A DNA stretch of 64,000 bases, taken from the NCBI GenBank assembly GCA_963667175.2, contig CAXXXF010000003.1:384001-448000 (forward strand), in the 5' to 3' direction. Position numbers and translations under genes: made by a program. Source of the DNA: Candidatus Latescibacterota bacterium (lineage in GTDB: Bacteria; Latescibacterota; UBA2968; GCA-2709665). The notes beneath the pieces are model-generated. The model was given only the letters and a program-made list of their open reading frames with translations. It was not told the DNA's origin and did no database searches. Position 1 is the first letter of the stretch. Each line of letters starts with the position of its first letter. Of the stretch, positions 31,296 to 41,437 are shown piece after piece.

Positions 31296-31458
31296 CCTGG
31301 CGAGGCTTCGCTTTGCTCAGCCGCAACGAAATCGGTGCGAGTAAATGCGCGCGTCCTTTAAACGGCTTAATCACTCCCCCCTTGAGGGGGAGTCGCAGAA
31401 GCCGAGCCGATCCCTGAGCTTGTCGAAGGGCCGGCGGCGGCTGATGCGGTGGGGGGAT
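31296..31458 (+). repeat. composite repeat family AB, left copy
   Basis: Module A (31296-31332), 36-nt spacer, module B (31369-31458); reverse complement at 44537-44700. Confidence 0.88.
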
Positions 31459-31467
31459 CGCGAAGAA

Positions 31468-31773
31468 TTGAAGACTGAACGCATCGCAGCCAAAGCCGCG
31501 GACATTGTCGTAACAGACGATAGTTTGACCGTTGATTTCGTCGACGGGCGGAGTATATCGGTACCATTGGCGTGGTTTCCACGGTTGGTTCACGGCACTC
31601 CGAAAGAGCGGGATAATTGGAGAATTATCGGAAACGGAGAAGGTTTTCATTGGCCCGACCTGGACGAGGACCTTGGTGTGGAAGGTCTGCTTCTGGGCAG
31701 GCCTTCCGGTGAAAGCCAGCGATCTTTTCAACGATGGCTGGTCGAACGTGCGAAACGCCTTGAACGATCTTGA
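31468..31773 (+). CDS. DUF2442 domain protein (orphan putative antitoxin)
   Basis: DGRSISVPLAWFPRL, GFHWPDLDEDLGVEGLLLG. Confidence 0.88.
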   Translation: MKTERIAAKAADIVVTDDSLTVDFVDGRSISVPLAWFPRLVHGTPKERDNWRIIGNGEGFHWPDLDEDLGVEGLLLGRPSGESQRSFQRWLVERAKRLERS

Positions 31774-31975
31774 CTTATCAAGTGGCGATTTCCCTCTGAA
31801 TGAAACCACCCGGCGGCAACGTCATAATCCGTTGTTCTACGTTCATTCGGCCTCTCAGTGATGCAATACGGTTCTTCGCGATTGCTGCCGAAACAGTTAC
31901 TGCATAAGACATCACATTGATCTTACCCTTGATTGTTTACCTCAGAAAAACCTCGCAACGTTTCAGTCCTCCCGA

Positions 31976-32590
31976 ATGAAAAACCCGAGCCTTCCTCGCT
32001 GCGTCATCTTCGACCTGTCTGAAGTTTTCATCGCGGGGCTCCCCGGGATCGAGAAGCGTATCTCGAGCAAACTCTCGATTCCCGAAGACGGCCTTCTGGG
32101 TTGCTTTGGCGGAGACCCGCTGATTCAGGTTCTGAAAGGACGGATTTCCGAGGATGCCTACCTTAGCGGAATTCTGAAACGAACGGGCTGGAACCTGGAA
32201 CTGGCGTCGCTGAAGCGAACGTTAAGGGACAACTTTCATGTCCGGATTGCGGGTTCCCTCGACATCCTGCGCGAGGTGGCGAGGACCCATCCCGTCGCCT
32301 TGCTGTCTGACCACGTACGTGAGTGGGTTCGCTACATCGAGTCGATTCATTCGTTTCTGGATCTATTCGACGAAAGGTTCTATTCCTGCGATCTGGACAA
32401 GACCAAGTCCGATCCAACGGTCTTTCCCGAAATTCTCTGTACGTTGGGTTACGAGCCGCGGGAGTGTCTTTTTGTCGACGATCGAATCCAGAACGTGAGA
32501 AACGCGGAGTCGGTCGGCCTGCCGTCCATCCACTTTCGCGACGCCGTGCAATTGCGCGCCGATCTTGAAAGCAGGCAGATCCTGTCCTGA
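31976..32590 (+). CDS. HAD family phosphatase
   Basis: IFDLSEV, LLSD, KTKSDP, LFVDDRIQNV. Confidence 0.88.
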   Translation: MKNPSLPRCVIFDLSEVFIAGLPGIEKRISSKLSIPEDGLLGCFGGDPLIQVLKGRISEDAYLSGILKRTGWNLELASLKRTLRDNFHVRIAGSLDILREVARTHPVALLSDHVREWVRYIESIHSFLDLFDERFYSCDLDKTKSDPTVFPEILCTLGYEPRECLFVDDRIQNVRNAESVGLPSIHFRDAVQLRADLESRQILS

Positions 32591-32713
32591 CGTCGCGAAA
32601 GATATACGTGGGCGCAACAACTGTCAGGGACGACGCGAATCGGCTGGTACCGGCTCCCGGCGGGTTTCCCGCAACCCGATTTACTTCATCCTCCATATCG
32701 CAAAGGCAACGCG

Positions 32714-33601
32714 TTGATTGACATATTCACCCACGACAGCGCCGACGATCTGATCTCCCAAACCGCCGCGTACCTGGAAATGCGCGAGAGTGAGCACTGC
32801 CTGCCGCTGGGCCTGATGTACGGGTTTGCCAGGGGGCCGCGGCACAACGTCAACGTTCCACCGCTGTTGGTCAGTATCGCGGACCGGGGGCGGGCAATTG
32901 GCGCGGCGATCATGATGCAGGGAAGAAAGCTCGTCCTGAGCAGAATCGATGCGGATATCGAGGATGCGGTAGACCGTCTGATTGGCCATTTACGCACAAG
33001 CGAAGTCTCCATACCCGGTGTTGTCGGTCCGGCGGCGGAAGCTCGCGCCTTTTCCGACGGCTGGGTCGGGAACGTGCACGGCATATCTTCCAGCCTCGCC
33101 ATGAGTATGCGGGTGTTCGAAATCAGAGAGGTCGCGGAGGCGCCTCTTGCCGAGGGGGAACTGCGGCTTGCCGGGATGGACGATCACGCCGTTATGGCGC
33201 GGTGGATTGCCGGATTCTCCGAGGAAATCGGTGAAACGGCGGACTTAGAGGCGGCCGCTCGCGGCGCCGCGCGTTATATCCAGGCTGAACAACTGTACAT
33301 CTGGGATCGCGAGGGGCCGGTTTCGATGGCCAAGACCTCTCATTCGACCAGAAACGGCATCAACATCAATGGGGTGTACACGCCTGCCGGGTATCGTTTT
33401 AAGGGATACGCGACTTCCTGCGTCTGGACGCTGACGAAGAAACTGCTCTCGGATCGCTATTCGTTCTGCAGTCTGTTTACAGATCTCTTGAATCCCACCT
33501 CCAACAGCATCTACACCAAAATCGGCTACAGGCCGGTGGGCGACGCGATGGCGTATGACTTTACGCGTTCCGATTCCGGAGAGCCCGAATCGTCCGCTTG
33601 A
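32714..33601 (+). CDS. GNAT acetyltransferase (FR47-like C-terminal domain)
   Basis: VYTPAGYRFKGYA, LFTDLLNPTSNSIYTKIGY. Confidence 0.9.
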   Translation: MIDIFTHDSADDLISQTAAYLEMRESEHCLPLGLMYGFARGPRHNVNVPPLLVSIADRGRAIGAAIMMQGRKLVLSRIDADIEDAVDRLIGHLRTSEVSIPGVVGPAAEARAFSDGWVGNVHGISSSLAMSMRVFEIREVAEAPLAEGELRLAGMDDHAVMARWIAGFSEEIGETADLEAAARGAARYIQAEQLYIWDREGPVSMAKTSHSTRNGININGVYTPAGYRFKGYATSCVWTLTKKLLSDRYSFCSLFTDLLNPTSNSIYTKIGYRPVGDAMAYDFTRSDSGEPESSA

Positions 33602-33673
33602 AGCGTCGATGCCGTGCGTAACCGACTTGCGCGAAACAAATTACAGACACGATTCGAGAAAATGGAGTCCGGT

Positions 33674-34828
33674 ATGACGTTCGATCTGCTCATCAGCGGA
33701 GGGACGCTGGTCGATCCGGCAGTGGGCCTGAGCGCTGTGCGGGAGGTGGGTTTCTCGGCGGGGAGGGTTGCCGCCGTCGGGGAGCGCCTCGACCGGGGCG
33801 GGGCCCGGCAGGTGATCGACGCCACGGGTTGCGTGGTGACGCCCGGGCTGATCGATCTTCACGTACACGTGTTTCCCGGCGTCAGTCATTATGGCATCGA
33901 ACCCGATCCCACGTGTCTCGCCCGTGGCGCCACGACCGTGGTCGACGCGGGGTCCGCGGGCGCCGATACCTTCCCGGGTTTCAGGAAATACGTGATCGAC
34001 GTGAGCGAGACGCGGATTCTGGCGCAGATGAACATTTCGTCGCAGGGGATGCTGACCGAAGAGATCGGAGAGTTCGAGATTCCCGAATACGCGGACGTGG
34101 ACAAGGCCTGCCGGATGATCGAGCGGCACCGCGACGTCGTTCTCGGCGTGAAGGTGCGGCTAACCCGGCATACAATCGTCAGCGAGCGATCCGGAATGCT
34201 CCCTCTCTACCGGGCGAGGGAGGCGGCAGACGCGGCGGGATTGCCCATCATGGTGCATCCGCAGGACGCGTGGTGCGATTCGATCGACGACATTCTGAGG
34301 GTGATGAAGGGCGGAGACGTAATGACCCATTGTTATCACGACTTCCCGTGCGGGATTCTGGATGGTGAGGGTCGTGTCCGCGATTCGGTTCAGGAAGCGA
34401 TTGAACGGGGCATCGTGTTCGACGTGGGGCACGGCGCGGGGTCCTTTTCATGGGAAGTCGTCGAAAAGGCGTTGTCACAGGACGTCCTGCCAACCACGAT
34501 TTCATCGGACCTGCACGTCTACAATGTGAACGGTCCCGTCTACGATCTCGCTTCCGTGGTGACGAAATTCCTGCATCTGGGTCTGCCGTTGGAAGATGCG
34601 ATCTCCCGCGTGACGTCCGTGCCGGCCGGGATCGTCGGAATGGAGGGCGAGGTGGGCACGCTGACGAAAGGGGCGTTCGGCGACGCGGTCGTGTTCGAAC
34701 TGCGAGAAGGGGATTTCAGTCTGGAGGACTCGAGAGGCAACGTCCGGACGGGCCGTCGGAACCTGGTACCGGTGACGGTCGTCAAGGGCGGTCGGGTCTA
34801 TACGTCCCGCCGCAAACGTGGTAAGTGA
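33674..34828 (+). CDS. amidohydrolase/deacetylase family metallohydrolase (dihydroorotase-like)
   Basis: PGLIDLHVH, DAGSAG, GVKVR, MVH, THCY, DVGHG, SSD. Confidence 0.9.
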   Translation: MTFDLLISGGTLVDPAVGLSAVREVGFSAGRVAAVGERLDRGGARQVIDATGCVVTPGLIDLHVHVFPGVSHYGIEPDPTCLARGATTVVDAGSAGADTFPGFRKYVIDVSETRILAQMNISSQGMLTEEIGEFEIPEYADVDKACRMIERHRDVVLGVKVRLTRHTIVSERSGMLPLYRAREAADAAGLPIMVHPQDAWCDSIDDILRVMKGGDVMTHCYHDFPCGILDGEGRVRDSVQEAIERGIVFDVGHGAGSFSWEVVEKALSQDVLPTTISSDLHVYNVNGPVYDLASVVTKFLHLGLPLEDAISRVTSVPAGIVGMEGEVGTLTKGAFGDAVVFELREGDFSLEDSRGNVRTGRRNLVPVTVVKGGRVYTSRRKRGK

Positions 34829-34880
34829 CGTGAGATAGGGAGATGTAGATGTCGTCGCCTATCCATCCCTTACTTGACAC

Positions 34881-35170
34881 CACACCTGTCCAAAATCGGT
34901 TTCAGTCTTGGACAGCATCTGGTTCACTTCCGCGAAGCAATCCCTCGACCAAGATTGCCTGAGATTCACAAAGTGCTTATTTCACGGGCTTATTGAGACG
35001 GAAACAGCACAATTATGGCCGCTGGAAACGTCACCTTGTTCTTGGACAGCATTGCGCAGACGATGGCAAACCTGGTTTTCATTATCCGGGTCAAACCCGT
35101 CCAAAATCGCCTATTGTAGCCATTTTTCGAACCTTATCTCTGGGAATCCGACGGTTCTTGGACAGCAGTG
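34881..35170. mobile_element. 290-bp non-autonomous MITE with 9-bp target-site duplication
   Basis: Imperfect TIRs CACACCTGTCCAAAA / TCTTGGACAGCAGTG; ACTTGACAC directly repeated at 34872-34880 and 35171-35179. Confidence 0.85.
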
Positions 35171-35353
35171 ACTTGACACCTAAACGATCCCCATCCTTCG
35201 GACAAATTCGCCCAACAGACAAACTGGAGCAACCAGTGAAGCCAAGGGTCTACGTAGAAACGTCGTCGTCCCCCTCGAATCCCGCGCAATATAGGAGTCT
35301 CGCTACGCGGAGACCAACTTTTCTATTTTTGTACCGACGGGAGAGGCGTATCG

Positions 35354-35698
35354 ATGAACATCAAAAGATACCCGGGAAAGGCCGTGGGGCGCAGCGAATC
35401 CGTCGAACACAACGGCATCGTGTATACGGCCGTCATCGCGCCGGACCTGACAGCGGACTTCGGGGAGCAGACCCGGCAGGCGCTTGCGCAGTTGGACGCG
35501 AATCTCACTGAGGCAGGGACCGACAGAACGCGACTCCTTTCCGCCACGGTCTACATCACGGACATGTCTAAAAAGCCGATCCTCAACGAGGTCTGGGACG
35601 CGTGGATCGGGCCGGACAACTGGCCCCAGCGCGCCTGCGTCGAGGTCGGATTGGAGGGAAATACGCTGGTGGAGATCGTCGCGGTCGCCGCGAAATAG
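35354..35698 (+). CDS. RidA/YjgF family protein (YoaB-like)
   Basis: EQTRQAL..LD..L..AG, NEVWDAW, PQRACV, VEI. Confidence 0.92.
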   Translation: MNIKRYPGKAVGRSESVEHNGIVYTAVIAPDLTADFGEQTRQALAQLDANLTEAGTDRTRLLSATVYITDMSKKPILNEVWDAWIGPDNWPQRACVEVGLEGNTLVEIVAVAAK

Positions 35699-35721
35699 GC
35701 CGAGCAATCGGAGCAGGAAGG

Positions 35722-36546
35722 ATGCGTGAAAGCAAGGTCATTGAAAAGACAAAGACGCCCGCAACGGTGGATTCTCTGCATTCGGATCTCCACTCGCTTG
35801 GTGTAGAACCCGGGTCTGTCGTGCTGGTTCACTCGTCTCTGAGCACGATGGGATGGGTGTGCGGAGGGGCCGTGGCAGTCATTCTTGCCCTCCAAAAGTC
35901 GCTGGGGTCCGACGGAACGCTCGTGATGCCCGCACACTCTCCCGGGCTCAGCGAGCCGGGCAAGTGGGAAAACCCTCCCGTACCCGAGTCCTGGTGGCCG
36001 GTGATACGCACAAACATGCCGGCGTACGATCCCGCGCTTACGCCGACCAGCAATATGGGCGTAATCGCAGAGACCTTCCGAATGCAGCGCGGCGTTCTCC
36101 GCAGTTCGCATCCGCAGGTCTCGTTCTGCGCTTGTGGGCCTCGAGCGTCGCATATCATAGACGACCATTCACTGGCGTTTGGCCTGGGCGAGGATTCGCC
36201 GCTTGCGAGAATCTACGATCTGAACGGTCTTGTCCTGCTTCTCGGTGCGAGTCATGGATCCAATACCTCCATGCACCTCTCGGAATACCGGGCGGATTTT
36301 CCAACCCGGCGTATTGTGCAGGAGGGCGCTCCCATTACCGTTTCCGGCTCGAGGCAATGGACGACTTTCGAAGAGATTGAGCCGGACAGTTCCGATTTCG
36401 AACGAATCGGAAAGGATTTTCTCCGGTCCGACGTGGGGGACGCCGTCAATCAGGGCAGGGTCGGTCTGGCTGACTGCCAACTCATGTCCCAACGCGACGT
36501 CGTGGATTTCGCGGTCGGCTGGATGGAGGAGAATAGAGGGAAATGA
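35722..36546 (+). CDS. AAC(3)/YokD family N-acetyltransferase
   Basis: VLVHSSLS..GWVCGG, GTLVMP, RSSHPQVSF, NTSMHLSE. Confidence 0.92.
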   Translation: MRESKVIEKTKTPATVDSLHSDLHSLGVEPGSVVLVHSSLSTMGWVCGGAVAVILALQKSLGSDGTLVMPAHSPGLSEPGKWENPPVPESWWPVIRTNMPAYDPALTPTSNMGVIAETFRMQRGVLRSSHPQVSFCACGPRASHIIDDHSLAFGLGEDSPLARIYDLNGLVLLLGASHGSNTSMHLSEYRADFPTRRIVQEGAPITVSGSRQWTTFEEIEPDSSDFERIGKDFLRSDVGDAVNQGRVGLADCQLMSQRDVVDFAVGWMEENRGK

Positions 36547-36737
36547 ATGAAATCGAACGAAAAGTGGGCCGCGAGATTCTGGAAGGGATACGAGAACTCA
36601 AGCGAGGCGAGCATGGCCGGGTGATCGATGTGCCGGATGTCATTGGGATACCGAAAAAGGCCGGAGGAACGGATCGCACGTCGAATCGCCGGACGCCCGA
36701 CGGGCCGTCGCTCGAAGAGATGCGCTTGAGGCGATAA
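36543..36737 (+). pseudogene. truncated XRE-type antitoxin remnant
   Basis: GREILEGIRELKRGEHGRVIDVPDV N-terminus and RRTPDGP tail, with the HTH core missing. Confidence 0.55.
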
Positions 36738-36890
36738 CGGGACAGCGCTTGCCGCTGTGTCTTCCTTATGTTTCCGGGCAACCCTCGCAGGGGGATCCGC
36801 TGAAGGTTGCCCGGGTGTATCTGGCGTGTCGATGGCAGGATTGGCTAAGTGAAAATTGGGGGATGCGGCGCCCGTAGGTCGAATGTTCGC

Positions 36891-37694
36891 TTATTTGATG
36901 ACCACCAGCACGGCTTCGCCCTTGAGGAGATCGTTGACCAGGGTGACGTGGGTGCCTTCAGCGCTCAGGCTGACCGTATAATCCTTGTCTTTTTTCAGCT
37001 TGCCGGAACGGCCGATCAGCTCCTTCAGTTTCTTTCCGCGTTCCAGGGTCAGGCGCTCGCCGATAGCGAAATACTTGACCTTCATATCCTTGTGTCCGGG
37101 TTTCTGTACCAGTTTGTACCCTTTGCGGAAGAATCTTCGGCCTGTCTCCAGGAATCCATCCGCCTTCAGACCATCCTCCGTGCCCACCACCACGCGCACC
37201 GCGTTTTTGGCCAGATCAAGTTCCGCTTCCGTCCTTTCGATATTCTGTTGGGCCGTATCCAGATCCTTTGACAACTTCATCGCAACGTCTCTCTGGTCGC
37301 GCAGCGCGACGGTGAGGCTGTCCGATTCGGTAATCAGACGGTCGATTTTCGCTGCGTCGGCCACCTTCTGCTCCTCCAGTTCGGCGATCGCTGCCTGCAA
37401 CTCTTCGTTCTTGCGCCGGCGCTGCTCGGCAATGGCGCGATATTTCTTGACTTCCTTCTGGAGTTGTTGGTTTTTCTCCTGCAGGAGCATCTCGAACTTG
37501 GTGAGGCTGTCGAGTTGCGTCTTCAGGGTGACGAGTTCGGTCTGAGCGCTTCCCACCTCGGTTTGAAGCGAGTCGATGCTGGCTTCCTTCTGCGCAATGA
37601 CCCGTTGCTGTCTTTCCACTTCGCTTTCTCCGCAGGCACTGAGGCCGACGCAGACGAGCAGGGCGAGGGAAAGATACGAAAAAATCCGGTTCAT
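36891..37694 (-). CDS. coiled-coil lipoprotein
   Basis: Lipobox LSAC; long heptad-rich region; C-terminal globular domain. Confidence 0.82.
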   Translation of the reverse strand: MNRIFSYLSLALLVCVGLSACGESEVERQQRVIAQKEASIDSLQTEVGSAQTELVTLKTQLDSLTKFEMLLQEKNQQLQKEVKKYRAIAEQRRRKNEELQAAIAELEEQKVADAAKIDRLITESDSLTVALRDQRDVAMKLSKDLDTAQQNIERTEAELDLAKNAVRVVVGTEDGLKADGFLETGRRFFRKGYKLVQKPGHKDMKVKYFAIGERLTLERGKKLKELIGRSGKLKKDKDYTVSLSAEGTHVTLVNDLLKGEAVLVVIK

Positions 37695-38153
37695 CTGATC
37701 ATCTCCCTTTTTGGGGGTTTACGTTAAGGTCCCCGACAGGTCGCGCCAGGAACCGTTTTTCTTTGTGGCGGTCTGCGTATTGCCTGTGTATTTTTGATCG
37801 TTGGCGCTGCCTGAACAGCGCTGCCGGAAAATTGCGCTGAATGCATATGTTTCGCCCGGCGTTTGGCGATGCGCTCAGCCTGACCGTTGTGTGCGCTCGG
37901 CGACGCCCCGTTATCTTCCAGGCAGACAAGGGCCGAACGTCCCGGTTCGACTCGTTCCCCCTTATACATAATGAATTCCGCCGCTTTCTGCAAGGCAAAT
38001 ACCAACAAAAAGATTTGAATTGAGGTACACGCGGGCAACCGGAACCTCTGATCAAATCTGGATCAGATTTCGAACGCAGTCGAAGAGATTTGAGACGATT
38101 TCGAACGGGGCAGGCGCGTCGCAGTCGATCATGCTGAGGAAGCGGACGTGAGG

Positions 38154-38177
38154 GTGGGGCAGACATTCCTGTCTGCC
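38154..38177. repeat. REP-like palindrome
   Basis: GTGGGGCAGACA-TTCC-TGTCTGCC. Confidence 0.55.
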
Positions 38178-38210
38178 TGCATCAGTGCAGACACAACAAG
38201 GACCTGCATA

Positions 38211-38732
38211 ATGATATTATCGGGAAGAATGATCCACGAACAAATGGGAAAGGACATCATCATCGAGCCGTTCGATCAGGCCAGGCTCAATCCGAACAGC
38301 TACAATCTCTCGCTTGCCGATGAACTGTTGGTGTACGAGGATGGCGTTCTCGACATGAAAAAGAGGAACCGGACGCGGCCCATTGTGATTCCCGAGGACG
38401 GTTACGAGATGCGACCCCGTAAGCTCTATCTCGGCCGAACGGCGGAGTTCACGAAAACTGACAATTATGTTCCCATGCTCGAGGGACGCTCGTCCGTGGG
38501 TAGGCTCGGGCTGTTTGTGCACGTCACGGCGGGTTTCGGCGACGTGGGATTCGCCGGCTACTGGACGCTCGAGATGTTCTGCATACAGCCGGTCCGGATC
38601 TATCCGAACGTGGAAATCTGCCAGATCTACTATCATACGCTGGAGGGTGATTTCGAGACCTACAAGAGTGCGAAATACCAGAACAACCGGGGCATCCAGC
38701 CCAGCCGCATGTATCTCGATTTTATCGGATGA
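38211..38732 (+). CDS. dcd: dCTP deaminase
   Basis: MILS, NPNSYNL, GRSSVGRLG, GFAGYWTLE, ICQIYY, KYQ. Confidence 0.93.
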   Translation: MILSGRMIHEQMGKDIIIEPFDQARLNPNSYNLSLADELLVYEDGVLDMKKRNRTRPIVIPEDGYEMRPRKLYLGRTAEFTKTDNYVPMLEGRSSVGRLGLFVHVTAGFGDVGFAGYWTLEMFCIQPVRIYPNVEICQIYYHTLEGDFETYKSAKYQNNRGIQPSRMYLDFIG

Positions 38733-39334
38733 ATTCGACGCAAACTGGTGTTGTTATCGCACACTTCCGGCATCAGGCGGGCAGTGATTTGAATCGTCAC
38801 GAAGAAATGCAGATGTTCCTGGCGGGCAAGGCGCCCTTTCATGAGGCGGAAGATGTGTGGGGGGATGGGACCATTCCTCTGCGCACACGCTATTTCCGCT
38901 CCGATGAACAGCCGCCCGAGCAGTTCATAACTTCCGTTCGATGCCTCGTCGTTCAGGATGATTCCGTTCTGGTTGTCAGCAACCCCGAAGGCAGGCACAT
39001 TCTGCCCGGAGGTCGCCGCGAAGCGGGAGAAACCTTCGAACAGACACTGCGCCGCGAAGTCGCTGAGGAGGCCGGGTGGTCCGTTGAATCCATCTCGCGT
39101 CTGGGATTCATCCACCTGCAACATCTCGGGCCGAAGCCATCTGGATACATGTATCCGCATCCGCATTTCTTTCAGATTGTCTATACTGCCCGCGCCTCCA
39201 GGCATATGCCGTGCTTGATGCGAGACGACGACTACGAAGAGAAGGCGGCCTTTGTCCCGATACGTGAACTCGACGGGTTGGGTATCTCCGAAGCCGAGTC
39301 GGGATTTGTCCGGTTTGCGAGAGACAGGATTTGA
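38729..39334 (+). CDS. NUDIX hydrolase
   Basis: GGRREAGETFEQTLRREVAEEAGW; alternative start near 38808. Confidence 0.88.
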   Translation: MNSTQTGVVIAHFRHQAGSDLNRHEEMQMFLAGKAPFHEAEDVWGDGTIPLRTRYFRSDEQPPEQFITSVRCLVVQDDSVLVVSNPEGRHILPGGRREAGETFEQTLRREVAEEAGWSVESISRLGFIHLQHLGPKPSGYMYPHPHFFQIVYTARASRHMPCLMRDDDYEEKAAFVPIRELDGLGISEAESGFVRFARDRI

Positions 39335-39774
39335 TCGTGTTCACAATCGGTGTGTTCGGCATCATTACCGATGACGAGGACCGCGTCCTGCTGTGCCACC
39401 GGCGCGACTTCGATCTTTGGAACCTGCCCGGCGGCGGCGTTGAGGAAGGCGAGAGTCCGTGGGATGCGCTCGTGCGGGAGATAGAGGAAGAGACGGGTCT
39501 GAAGGCGGCGCCCGTACATCTCAGCGGCGTTTACAGCAAACCGGGCCGGAACGAGGTTGTATTTTCATTCTACTGCCGGGTGACCGGAGGCGCGATCCGG
39601 CTCACGAATGAGGCGGATCGAATCGAATACTTCCCATTGGATCGTATCCCCGGGAACACCGTACCAAAACAGTTGGAACGCATCGAGGACTTCATTTCGG
39701 ATAGAAAGGGGACGCACTACAGGGTTCAGAGCGGTCCTTCCGCTATCGAATTGGTCAAGAAAGGAAAGTTGTAG
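39331..39774 (+). CDS. NUDIX hydrolase
   Basis: WNLPGGGVEEGESPWDALVREIEEETGL. Confidence 0.92.
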   Translation: MIVFTIGVFGIITDDEDRVLLCHRRDFDLWNLPGGGVEEGESPWDALVREIEEETGLKAAPVHLSGVYSKPGRNEVVFSFYCRVTGGAIRLTNEADRIEYFPLDRIPGNTVPKQLERIEDFISDRKGTHYRVQSGPSAIELVKKGKL

Positions 39775-39834
39775 GCGATACACCCGCCGCCCGACGTCGC
39801 GTCAATGCGGCGAGCCCGATCGGTTGAAAATGAC

Positions 39835-40443
39835 ATGTCAGACTTTTTTATCATCGGCGTTGCGATCGTCCTCAGAGAGAAGGATGGCCTTCTCTTCGAG
39901 CTCCAGAGATCCACGAAGTGGAAACGCGGTCGGGATGGGGTCCTGGAAATCGGATTGAGTTGCATCGGCGGCACGGTGGAGGAATGGGAAACCCTCGAAG
40001 GCGCGCTGCAGCGAGAAGCGATGGAGGAGATTGGGTGCCGGGTTGCGTTCGATCAATCGACCCATCCCTTTTCGATGGACCCCGCCGGAAACGTGTCGCC
40101 GCTTGCGCCGGCAAGCGTTCCGGATGGCGTACATTTTCTGTGGGAAGGAAACGACACGGGATATGTGCCCGGCGCGAAGGTGGCGGTGTATACGGGCAAT
40201 ACGGCCGGGCGCCCTGAACCGGGCGACCTCTCGGCCGTCGCAATGCTGAAGCCGGATCTGTTTCCTGTACTCGCCAGAGAATCCCTCACGGTCTCGGACC
40301 TCGAACAGCGGGGCGGCATCCTCCGGGAACGGACGCCGGTCCCGCGTTCGGCTCGGGTGAAGCCGGTGGGAACGGCAGCCCGGCTTCTGGGCCTGAGGCG
40401 ACGACGTCCTGATCTGTTGCAGCGCGTTTTGAGGGAAGTCTGA
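39835..40443 (+). CDS. NUDIX domain protein
   Basis: GGTVEEWETLEGALQREAMEEIGC. Confidence 0.82.
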   Translation: MSDFFIIGVAIVLREKDGLLFELQRSTKWKRGRDGVLEIGLSCIGGTVEEWETLEGALQREAMEEIGCRVAFDQSTHPFSMDPAGNVSPLAPASVPDGVHFLWEGNDTGYVPGAKVAVYTGNTAGRPEPGDLSAVAMLKPDLFPVLARESLTVSDLEQRGGILRERTPVPRSARVKPVGTAARLLGLRRRRPDLLQRVLREV

Positions 40444-40623
40444 TCCGGGGGTCGCCGGCGATTTGTTACTCGATTGGCGGACGAATCCGCGCGCGGGCCT
40501 GCCGGCCTGGCCAGCCGTCGCCGCATCGGCGCCGTGATAAATGCCGACAAGCGATTCGTAACCCGTTCCATGAATTGAATACTCCTGGTTAGACGACATC
40601 CAACATAGAAAGGAAATCATTTT

Positions 40624-41289
40624 ATGCAGTCCCATTTGACGTTTCTTCACACGACACCTGTGCTCATCGATACTTTCGATCGGCTAATCGATGAAACCGC
40701 ATTGGAATTACCCGTAAGACATATTGTGGAAGAGGGATTTTTGACGGAGGCGCGCGAAGAGGGTATCACTCAGGACCTGGATGACCGGATTGGCGGCCGC
40801 ATCCGCTCCGCGGTCGAAGAGGGCGCTGCCGTGGTTCTCTGCACGTGTTCTTCGATTGGCGGAAGCGCGGAAAGAGCGAACGACACCACGGATGGCGTGG
40901 TAATCCGGGTCGATCGCCCCATGGCCGAGAAGGCCGTGGAAATCGGCTCCCGAATCGTCATCGCCGCCGCACTCGAGAGCACGCTCGCGCCGACTCGCGA
41001 CCTCATCCTCGAAACCGCGGGCGCGCGTCAAAAGCGCGTCGAGCTCATCGAGGTGTTGTGTGACGAGGCCTGGAGCCGGCTGGAGGCGGGAGACCAGCAG
41101 GGATACTTGAGCGAAATCGCGGGCAAGATCAAGGAAAGCGCGTCTGAAGGAGACGTCATTGTGCTGGCGCAGGCATCGATGGCGGGGGCCGCGGACCTGT
41201 GCCCGGAAGTCTCGGTTCCTATCCTCAGCAGTCCCGGAATCGGCCTGCAGCGCGCAATCGAAATCTGGAATCAGAAGGCAGGGGATTGA
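40624..41289 (+). CDS. Asp/Glu/hydantoin racemase superfamily protein
   Basis: LCTCSSIG, RVDRPMA, LAQASMA. Confidence 0.8.
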   Translation: MQSHLTFLHTTPVLIDTFDRLIDETALELPVRHIVEEGFLTEAREEGITQDLDDRIGGRIRSAVEEGAAVVLCTCSSIGGSAERANDTTDGVVIRVDRPMAEKAVEIGSRIVIAAALESTLAPTRDLILETAGARQKRVELIEVLCDEAWSRLEAGDQQGYLSEIAGKIKESASEGDVIVLAQASMAGAADLCPEVSVPILSSPGIGLQRAIEIWNQKAGD

Positions 41290-41328
41290 AGTCGCAATCC
41301 ACTAACGCGCCGGACGTACCCGCGCCGT

Positions 41329-41416
41329 GTAGGGGCAACCCTTGTGGTTGCCCTCGACGTCGAGGTGGCGCATGGCCGTCGTTGAAAAGGCGGGTGCCCA
41401 CAAGGGACGCCCCTAC
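41329..41416. repeat. GTAG-type REP doublet
   Basis: GTAGGGGCAACCCTTGTGGTTGCCCT ... GGGTGCCCACAAGGGACGCCCCTAC. Confidence 0.8.
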
Positions 41417-41437
41417 ATTTCAATCTCACGTGGACAA

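Noticed and set aside
31296-31458. Repeat-36 nt spacer-repeat layout suggestive of CRISPR
   Set aside because: The flanking modules differ from each other, there is no tandem array and no cas genes are present
34908-35511. ORFs 34908-35171 and 34993-35511 as a transposase
   Set aside because: No DDE or HTH motifs; they are chance frames across the MITE
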